A stretch of DNA of 53,442 nt from an uncultured Desulfotignum sp. (lineage in GTDB: Bacteria; Desulfobacterota; Desulfobacteria; Desulfobacterales; Desulfobacteraceae): positions 1-53,442 of the forward strand of contig CALGAJ010000053.1 of NCBI GenBank assembly GCA_937951975.1. Direction: 5' to 3'. A program made the translations under genes and the position numbers. Of this stretch, positions 8,437 to 16,021 are shown in pieces (the stretch's first letter is position 1; every line of letters starts with the position of its first letter). A model generated the notes under the pieces. The model was given only the letters and a program-made list of their open reading frames with translations, had not been told where the DNA came from and did no database searches.

Positions 8437-10996
8437 ATCTGTGAGCATAAAACTGCTGATGATTCCGGGTGCACTGGTCCTGGTCATCGCCATTCTGGCC
8501 GCCAGCCTGCCCATGGCGGCCCGGTGGTTCATTGAATATCGGTATGGGGCGGTGCTGTCATCGCAGCACGTGCAGCTCAATATCTCTCATGTGGGAAAGA
8601 ACCGGACATTGATTTCAGACTTGAAATGGGGCAAAGATGTGTCAGCAGACCTGGTATCGGTATCATATACATTGGGCGGCTGGGGTCTGCCGGCACTTGA
8701 ACGTCTGACGGTATCCGGCCTGACAATCAATGCCGTGTATGATGCCGGACAGGGGGTTTTGATCGACCCTGTCTCCCAGGGCAGCCAGACCCCGGTGCCG
8801 CCGCATTTGCAAAACAGGGCATCCCCGGATTTCAAGACCATGGCTGCCTCATATTTTCCCCATCTGCCGGACCGGATTGAAATCAACAATGCCCGGCTGG
8901 TACTGAAGATGAATCAAAGGGTCACCGTGATCCCTTTTAACGGCTCCCTGGCAATAAATAAATCCGATCAGCAGATGAGGTGTGAGGCGAAATTTTATCC
9001 CTTTGGCCGGCAGGTGGCCTTGAAGACACGGATTCATGCTGTGTCAGGCCTGGAAACATTTCATCTGAATGCCCGGGCGTTTGATCTGGACCCGCTGTTT
9101 GATTTTCTGGGAAAAACCAGTGCATGGTCCGGGGTCACGGACTGGTCCGTGGAAAAATTGACTCATAATACCTGGCAGATAGAATTGTCGGATATGATAC
9201 TGACAAGACCCGATGGAATCAAAATCCCCCATGCCGTGGCACGGATTTTAAAAGAACCTCATCAGATCACCATGCTGGGAGAAGTGAATGTGTTCCACCC
9301 GGTCTTTTCCAGTTTGTCCGCTTCCGGCCGTGCCCAGGTGATGCTGGATCCTTCCGGATCCGGTATACAGGATGCGACCCTGACCTGTGAAACCCGTCCC
9401 ATGGAAAAACTGGCTTTGCAGCACACTGATGTTTCCGGTGTGGTGGAACAGCCCCTGGCTGCATTGTCTGTGCATTTAAAGGATCATATGGTTGATGGAA
9501 ACATGACAATATCCTTTTCCCAGACTCAATTTGAAAACCAAGACTGACAAGGGTCTTCGGGCCGGGGATCTTTTCAGTCCGATTTTCAGGGCGATTGGAA
9601 TACCGGGACCCTGATGTGTGACCTGACATCCCATATGTCCCAAATCCATATGCACACCCCGGACAGCGATGTCCGGTTGAAGCGGTGGGATACCGCAGGT
9701 AAAGTCTCCATGAACAATATCCATACCCTGCCGGTGTCCCCCCGGGTGGATCTGACCACGGAACTGGTTTCCGGCAGTGTCACGTTTCCGGATAAAAACA
9801 TGTCCGTGCAGGGAATTTGGGCTCAGTTACCGGTCGCCTATCCGCATATGGGCAAACCCGGCCGGTTTTCCGTGGGAAAATTGATATTTGACAACCAGTC
9901 CTTTTTGACAGGCGGTGGCAGTATTCACAGAACTGAAAAAAAAGCCGTTCAATTTGACGGCACGTTTCAGATGCCGGATTCCGATGCCATGACCATTACG
10001 CTTAACGGAGTCGCCGGGCTGGATCCCGGTATTCATGGGCATGTAACCGTTAAAACTAACCGGTTCAAGGTGTCCCCGTCAAATTTTGAAACATTCATGC
10101 CGCAATCGTTGTTTCCGGTTGAATATGATCTGGATGTCCAGGCCTCGGGATTTGCCGGGTGGGAAAATCATCGCCTTTCCACAGAGGGGGATCTGGTCAT
10201 TTATGACGGGTTTGTGTCTGTGCCGGATCAGAAATTGACGCTTGAACAGATTCAGGGGCATCTCAAATTCAATGATCTTCTGGCGCCGGCATCTTTTCCG
10301 GGCCAGAAGGTGACGGTTGCCCGAATTCAGGCCGGTGATTTCAAAGCCACGGATGCCATGGTGCGTTTCACCCTGGAAAAAGGTCCTTTTTTTCTGCTGG
10401 AAAACATGCGGGTCAACTGGGCCGGCGGCCTGGTGTCCACGGAATCTTTCCGGATACCTTCACAGGATCAGTTCATGGACCTGACCCTGTATTGTGATCG
10501 GATTCAGTTAAATCAGCTGCTGGCCCAGATGGGCGGGTTCGACACCCAGGGAGACGGGAGTTTGAACGGCCGTATCCCTGTGACGTTCAAAAACGGGGAG
10601 ATTTCGTTTGACAATGCGTTTTTATTTTCAACCCCGGGGCAGGGGGGGCGGATTGTAATCCAGAACCCTGGAAAGCTGATGGCCGGCGTTCCCATGGATT
10701 CCCCCGGATTCAGCCAGCTGGACCTGGCCGGGGAGGCGTTGAAAGATTTTGAATATACCTGGGCCAAACTTACGTTTACCACCCGGGGAGATACCCTGAC
10801 AGCCAATATGGAACTGGACGGTAAACCCGGCCGGATACTGCCTTTTGTCTATGAAAAGGATATCAATTCCTTTGTCAGGGTGGATGCGAAGAGTCCGGGT
10901 TCCCGTTTTCAGGGGATCAAACTGGATGTGAACCTGACGTTTCCTTTCAACCAGGTGGTGACGTTTGGAAACAAGATCCGGAAACTGTTAAAATAA
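8426..10996 (+). pseudogene. YdbH-like intermembrane lipid-transport (AsmA-like) protein interrupted by one in-frame TGA at 9545-9547
   Basis: ORFs 8426-9547 and 9614-10996 are in the same frame with only one stop between them; N-terminal TM anchor; C-terminal GSLNGRIPV..GGRI..LAGEALKDFEY; followed by ynbE/ydbL. Confidence 0.7.
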
Positions 10997-11004
10997 AAGG
11001 AGAG

Positions 11005-11235
11005 ATGATGACCCTGATACCCCGTTTCATTTTACTGGTATGGCTGGTGATGATGTTCAGCGGCTGTCAGACCCGCCATGAAGTGGATGTCAAGCCCGTG
11101 GAAGTCAAGCCCATTCACATCACCATCGATGTGAATGTCAAGGTACAGAAGGCATTGGATGACTTTTTCAGTGACATCGATGCCCAGGAGGACGAAATTA
11201 TGGAAGAACTGGAGGAGAAGAAAAATGAGGATTAA
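11005..11235 (+). CDS. YnbE family lipoprotein
   Basis: lipobox FSG-C, KPIHITIDVNVKVQKALDDFF; AAGGAG RBS. Confidence 0.82.
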   Translation: MMTLIPRFILLVWLVMMFSGCQTRHEVDVKPVEVKPIHITIDVNVKVQKALDDFFSDIDAQEDEIMEELEEKKNED

Positions 11236-11596
11236 ACAATGGGCCGTATGGATGATCATTGGCATTGCAGCCGTGCTGACACTGGCCGATTCCGTGCCGG
11301 CCCAGGGAATCAAGGAACGGATGAAAGAACGGCTGCCGGTGATTGCACAATTGAAAACACAGGGAATTGTGGGGGAAAACAACCGGGGATACCTGGATTT
11401 TGTAGGCAATACCAAAACCCATGAAGCTTTGGTCGCCCAGGAGAACCAGGACCGGAAAACCGTGTATGCCCACATCGCCAAACAGCAGAACACATCAGTT
11501 TCGGTTGTGGAAAAAAACCGGGCCCTGCAGCTGATAGAACGGGCCGCTCCCGGCACTTATGTCCAGATGCCGGACGGCACCTGGATGCAAAAATAA
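11225..11596 (+). CDS. YdbL (DUF1318) family protein
   Basis: signal peptide, LKTQGIVGENNRGYL, VAQENQDRKTVYAHIA, PGTYVQMPDGTW; RBS before ATG 11225. Confidence 0.85.
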   Translation: MRIKQWAVWMIIGIAAVLTLADSVPAQGIKERMKERLPVIAQLKTQGIVGENNRGYLDFVGNTKTHEALVAQENQDRKTVYAHIAKQQNTSVSVVEKNRALQLIERAAPGTYVQMPDGTWMQK

Positions 11597-11604
11597 CCGG
11601 ATCG

Positions 11605-11637
11605 ATCTGATGGCGGCCGTTTATTCCGCCATCAGAT
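11605..11637. terminator. 12-bp perfect hairpin between convergent genes
   Basis: ATCTGATGGCGG-N9-CCGCCATCAGAT overlapping the stop of the minus-strand gene. Confidence 0.5.
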
Positions 11638-12043
11638 TTGTCAGTTGCTTGTGTATGCAGTAATAGATATCCTCATCACTGCCGTACACATCGATCACAT
11701 CCTTGTGATTGATCAGTTTTTCTACGACAAAAGCCGTCAGATAAAGGCTGGCAATATTGGGGCTGGCAACCAGGGTGCGGAAAGGGGCGACCGTATAATC
11801 GATATCAAAATCTTCCGCCTTGATCAACGTGTCCAGGCACCGGATGATCTGATTTTCGATGGCGGATTTGCTCACGGTTTCAATGAGCCCGCTTTCGATC
11901 AGTTTCATGGTCACTTTGTTGGCAAAATAATCGATATTGTCCCGGATCGCATTCAACGTTTTGATCCGTTCTCTTTCTTTGGATGATTCAATTTTGGAAA
12001 GGAGTTTTGCCTCTCTGTTTCCGGAATAAAAAATTTTAGCCAT
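11621..12043 (-). CDS. conserved hypothetical protein (possibly DUF507-like)
   Basis: GAAGGAG RBS, plausible helical protein; VIDVYGSDEDIY C-terminus is reminiscent of DUF507. Confidence 0.6.
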   Translation of the reverse strand: MAKIFYSGNREAKLLSKIESSKERERIKTLNAIRDNIDYFANKVTMKLIESGLIETVSKSAIENQIIRCLDTLIKAEDFDIDYTVAPFRTLVASPNIASLYLTAFVVEKLINHKDVIDVYGSDEDIYYCIHKQLTNLMAE

Positions 12044-12267
12044 GTTATATCTCCTTCCCTCTGCAACGGGTTTTTATTTTTTTGCTAATCGACTATTATA
12101 TCGATAAACTGGGTAGTTGGCAAGAAAAAACCAGTGGAATCCCTGATGATTTTTTAAGACGTCCGTTCATTACACCGTGTTTTTTGTCCAGTGAAGGTGA
12201 AAAAATCAAAGGATCCGGATTTTTTAAAGGGATGTGTCCGTATGTACAGCGTTTTTACACAAAATTA

Positions 12268-12313
12268 TGCATGAAATTTTTCATTGACAGTGCCCCCTTT
12301 TAAAGTTTATGAG
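12268..12313 (+). promoter_or_regulatory. promoter of the cytochrome operon with an overlapping palindrome (Rex-like)
   Basis: ATGAAA-TT-TTTCAT (12271-12284) abuts a perfect TTGACA (12284-12289); weak -10. Confidence 0.4.
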
Positions 12314-12368
12314 TATGAACAATACATGGAAAAAAGGCTGATTGGTTCAATCATTCACCGGAGGCCCC

Positions 12369-12932
12369 ATGAAAAAATCTCTTGTTACGGCGGTTTTGGT
12401 CGGGATCGGAGTCATCATCGCCTTCCCGTTATTCAGTATGACTTATTATACCATGGTGCGCACGTCCACACCTGAATTCTGTGCATCCTGTCATGAGATC
12501 AAACCGGCGGTGGTGGCATGGCGGTCATCCACGCACACCAATAACGCGGCCGGGGTTGTTGTTGACTGCATGGACTGCCATTTACCGGCCCCCCAGGACA
12601 CGTTTGATTTCTTTTTTGCCAAAACCTACCATGGCCTGAAAGATGTTGTCGTGCATTTTTCCGGCAAGGAATATGACCGCGACGCAGTTCGGGAAATGGC
12701 GTATGAGGCTTTCAACAATCGTGAATGTGAGAAGTGTCACCGTAATTTATTGCATATGCCGACCCGGAGGGGTGCGATGCTGGCTCATCGCTCAGTGGTG
12801 TATGCAAAATCCGGGTATGAAAAAAAATGTGTTGACTGCCATTATGACCTGGTGCATTCGGACAGAGGCCGGGTCATGTTTCGTCAGACCCGGCAGGTGC
12901 CTTACCAGGCCAGGGGATTGCGACAGTTATAA
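12369..12932 (+). CDS. NapC/NirT/NrfH family membrane-anchored tetraheme cytochrome c
   Basis: N-terminal TM helix, TSTPEFCASCHE; four CxxCH (CASCH, CMDCH, CEKCH, CVDCH); GGAGG RBS. Confidence 0.92.
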   Translation: MKKSLVTAVLVGIGVIIAFPLFSMTYYTMVRTSTPEFCASCHEIKPAVVAWRSSTHTNNAAGVVVDCMDCHLPAPQDTFDFFFAKTYHGLKDVVVHFSGKEYDRDAVREMAYEAFNNRECEKCHRNLLHMPTRRGAMLAHRSVVYAKSGYEKKCVDCHYDLVHSDRGRVMFRQTRQVPYQARGLRQL

Positions 12933-12985
12933 TCAACTTGTAAAACCGTTTTTCAAAGGTCATTTAAATGAAAGGAGCAACGCTT

Positions 12986-14383
12986 ATGAATCGACGAAAG
13001 GTCCATTTTCCATTGTTGTTGCTGACAACGGCCTTGATGGTGACAGGAGGTTTTGTAGCGATGGCGGCAGCCCAGCCCAATTACGCCAAAGTCAAGGAAT
13101 ACCGGATTGAGCGCAGCGTTCCGCCTGAAGCCCAGGCCTGCATTGAATGCCACCGGGAAACCACCCCGGGTGTGTTTGCTGACTGGGCCAAAAGCCGGCA
13201 CGCCAATGCCAACATCACCTGCCTGGACTGTCACCTGGTTCAACCCGGAGACCAGGATATCGCCCAGGATCATGCCAAATATTACGGCCGGTCGGATATG
13301 CCCTGGGGTGAGGAAAAATACCGAATGGACATTGCCTCCATTGTTACACCCAAGGACTGCTCCCGGTGCCATCCGGACGAAGCCATGCAGTACAGTAAAT
13401 CCAAGCATGCCAATACCATTGAAATCATGTGGAAAATCGATCCCTGGCTCAACGACGGCATGAACTCGGACAATGAGCGCAAGACCGGATGCTTCAGCTG
13501 CCACGGTACCGTGATCAAGATCGATGACAACGGCAAAATTGATCCGGCCACCTGGCCCAATGCCGGGGTGGGACGTCTGAACCTGGACGGCAGTAAAGGA
13601 TCGTGTACCTCCTGTCACACCCGTCATCGGTTCTCACTGGCGGAAGCCCGCAGACCCGAGGCCTGCGACCAGTGTCATCTGGGACCGGACCATCCCCAGA
13701 TCGAGATCTATGAGGAATCCAAACACGGCACCATCTACCATGCCTATCAGGATGAGTATAATTTTGATGCGGCCGGCGGTACCTGGACCCCGGGGGTGGA
13801 CTACCGGGCCCCCACCTGTGCCGGGTGCCACATGAGCGGCAGCGGTGAAGTGCTGACCACCCATGATGTCACTGAAAGACTGTCATGGGAAACCCAGGCC
13901 CCGCTGACGGTCCGCCCCCAGGATTTCAAACCGTTCCCGGCCGCCACAGACTGGCAGACGGAACGTGAAAAAATGAAAAATGTCTGCAGTGCCTGCCACG
14001 GGGATTCCTGGATCAATGATTTTTATGACGGGTTCGACAAGGCTGTGGAAGAATACAATGAAGTGTATTACAAACCGGCCAAGGCAAAACTGGATGAGCT
14101 TTACGACAAAGGACTGCTGGACAAGACGAAATTTTTTGACGAACAGCTGGAGCTCGAATTCTATGAACTCTGGCACCATGAAGGCCGCAGGGCCCGGATG
14201 GGTGCCATGATGATGGCCCCGGACTATGCGTGGTGGCACGGGTTTTATGAATGCAAATTCCAGTTTGCCAATTTCATGAAAGAAGCCAACCATTTGATTG
14301 AAAACAATGAAAAAGCCTACGTTTCAGAAGATTTCCCAAACGCGACCGGGGATGCAACAAAACCGGAGAAAATTTTTAAATGA
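12986..14383 (+). CDS. periplasmic octaheme cytochrome c, hydroxylamine oxidoreductase-like (epsilon-HAO type)
   Basis: signal peptide; 8 CxxCH (CIECH, CLDCH, CSRCH, CFSCH, CTSCH, CDQCH, CAGCH, CSACH); CHTRHRFS..ARRPEAC..CHLGPDHPQ..YEESKHG; ARMGAMMMAPDYAWWHG. Confidence 0.9.
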   Translation: MNRRKVHFPLLLLTTALMVTGGFVAMAAAQPNYAKVKEYRIERSVPPEAQACIECHRETTPGVFADWAKSRHANANITCLDCHLVQPGDQDIAQDHAKYYGRSDMPWGEEKYRMDIASIVTPKDCSRCHPDEAMQYSKSKHANTIEIMWKIDPWLNDGMNSDNERKTGCFSCHGTVIKIDDNGKIDPATWPNAGVGRLNLDGSKGSCTSCHTRHRFSLAEARRPEACDQCHLGPDHPQIEIYEESKHGTIYHAYQDEYNFDAAGGTWTPGVDYRAPTCAGCHMSGSGEVLTTHDVTERLSWETQAPLTVRPQDFKPFPAATDWQTEREKMKNVCSACHGDSWINDFYDGFDKAVEEYNEVYYKPAKAKLDELYDKGLLDKTKFFDEQLELEFYELWHHEGRRARMGAMMMAPDYAWWHGFYECKFQFANFMKEANHLIENNEKAYVSEDFPNATGDATKPEKIFK

Positions 14384-14438
14384 TTTTTTGACGGTCTCAT
14401 CAAAAAAAAGGTTGCTGTAGTACAAAAATTGCAAAATA

Positions 14439-14475
14439 AAAAGGGCTTTCAGCGAATATCGTTGAAAGCCCTTTT
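14439..14475. terminator. bidirectional intrinsic terminator
   Basis: AAAAGGGCTTTCAGCG..CGTTGAAAGCCCTTTT between the octaheme gene and tRNA-Phe. Confidence 0.85.
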
Positions 14476-14480
14476 AAATC

Positions 14481-14556
14481 TGGTGCCCAGGAACAGAATC
14501 GAACTGCTGACACGGGGATTTTCAGTCCCCTGCTCTACCGACTGAGCTACCTGGGC
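14481..14556 (-). tRNA. tRNA-Phe(GAA)
   Basis: reverse complement GCCCAGGTAGCTCAGTCGGTAGAGCAGGGGACTGAAAATCCCC..GTTCGATT..CCTGGGCACCA, 76 nt. Confidence 0.96.
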
Positions 14557-14632
14557 GTGAACAGCAAACGAGAGGGTTTATAAGTTTTTTGTCTGAAGAT
14601 GTCAAGCAAAAAATAAATCTTTCATAACGGGG

Positions 14633-15364
14633 CTACATATCTCCCAGTCGGTGCTGAACCAAAGCGGCCCCGCACAGGGATGCGGTTTCTGCCCGCAGAA
14701 TTCGGGGCCCCAGGGAATAGGGGACAAACCCTTTGTCTGAGGCACGGTTGATTTCGGATTCTGAAAAACCGCCTTCGGGTCCGACAAGAATCAAGGTGGA
14801 GTTGAGGCCGCTGCCGGGCATGAGTTGAGACAATGGTTTGCCTCCCTGTTCCCAGAAAGCGATGCAATGATCAAAGCCTGGGGCCATCTCCAGGATGCGC
14901 TCAAAGGTCATGGGAAAAGAAATTTCCACAACCCGGCTTCTCTGGCATTGTTTAATGGTTTCATTTGCAATGCTCTGCCAGCGTTTCATGCGCCGGGCCA
15001 GGGATTTTGCATCCGGTAAAGGAATCGACCGTTCGCAGAAAAAAGGAATCCACCGGGTGATGCCCACCTGGGTCAGACCCTGGATGATATCATCCATTTT
15101 CTGATGTTTGAGCATGCCGGTGCAGACGGTGAAGGGCAGGGGGGATTCGGTTCTGGATGGCCGGGTTTCAAGGATTTCCACTGTTACCTGTTCCCGGCTG
15201 CAGTCTGTGATCCGGCCGGAAAAATCGGTTCCCATGCCGTCGGTGAGAATCAAGTCATCTTTTTTGGAAAGACGCAGCACCCGGGTGATGTGCCGGGCGT
15301 CTGGCCCATCGATAACAACCGGGTTCTTACAAATATGATCCCTGGGGACTAAAAACTTTTGCAT
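14633..15364 (-). CDS. rsmE: 16S rRNA m3U1498 methyltransferase
   Basis: HITRVLRL, TQVGI, QCQRS, ILVGPEGGFSESE, SLGPRILRAETA. Confidence 0.95.
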   Translation of the reverse strand: MQKFLVPRDHICKNPVVIDGPDARHITRVLRLSKKDDLILTDGMGTDFSGRITDCSREQVTVEILETRPSRTESPLPFTVCTGMLKHQKMDDIIQGLTQVGITRWIPFFCERSIPLPDAKSLARRMKRWQSIANETIKQCQRSRVVEISFPMTFERILEMAPGFDHCIAFWEQGGKPLSQLMPGSGLNSTLILVGPEGGFSESEINRASDKGFVPYSLGPRILRAETASLCGAALVQHRLGDM

Positions 15365-15452
15365 TTGTTTACCTTGTGTGTGATTTTGTCAAATCATACG
15401 GGGTCTTGTGGAAAAAAACAATCCCGGTACTGGATGCACAGAGTTTAATATG

Positions 15453-15481
15453 TTGACACCCGAAGGACACTTTGATAAATT
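15453..15481 (+). promoter_or_regulatory. sigma70 promoter upstream of the acidic protein-valS-nadC genes
   Basis: TTGACA-N17-TAAATT with extended -10 TG. Confidence 0.55.
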
Positions 15482-15537
15482 TTCGTGGTTTGGATCTGTA
15501 AAGATCCGGTTAGCTTTGAAAGAAATGAGAGGACGTC

Positions 15538-15936
15538 ATGGCCGATGAAACAAAACAGGATGATCCGGTTATCGAATTGACGGATGTGGTGGAGGATGAC
15601 AAAGATATGGGAGATGTCTTGTCCAATGACACCTTCTCGCAAGATGACACGTTTGATGACAACGCCATTGAACTGACGGATATGGAAGAAGTCAGTGATT
15701 TTGAGATGGACATTGAGGACATCGAAATACAGGGTCCGGCGCCGGATGACCGGACCGAAGAAATTCCGGTTTCTCAGGAACAGATAGAGGCAGCACTGGA
15801 ACAAGTGATTGAAAAAAAGTTTGCACAAAAGATTGAACCGCTTTTATTCGAAGCGATGGAGCGTGTCATTCAACAGGAAATTCAAAAAATAAAAACCTCC
15901 CTGTTAAAAGACATGGATCGCATGGATCCGTTCTGA
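15538..15936 (+). CDS. highly acidic protein with helical C-terminus (PopZ/RomR-C-like)
   Basis: GAGG RBS; twice IELTD motif; D/E-rich disordered middle; C-terminal amphipathic helices ..IEPLLFEAMERVIQQEIQKIK. Confidence 0.7.
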   Translation: MADETKQDDPVIELTDVVEDDKDMGDVLSNDTFSQDDTFDDNAIELTDMEEVSDFEMDIEDIEIQGPAPDDRTEEIPVSQEQIEAALEQVIEKKFAQKIEPLLFEAMERVIQQEIQKIKTSLLKDMDRMDPF

Positions 15937-16021
15937 CGGCAGGCATACATTGACGTAACAAATTCTGGGGATTCATTTACTGATCCCCTTTTTCATTAAT
16001 ATGGGTATTTAGGAGCAGATT

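Noticed and set aside
9545-9600. Confident selenoprotein call for ydbH
   Set aside because: No Cys/redox context and only a 4-bp hairpin; kept only as a low-probability alternative
6-14556. tRNA-anchored genomic island or prophage
   Set aside because: No integrase, transposase, phage genes or duplicated tRNA 3' ends seen
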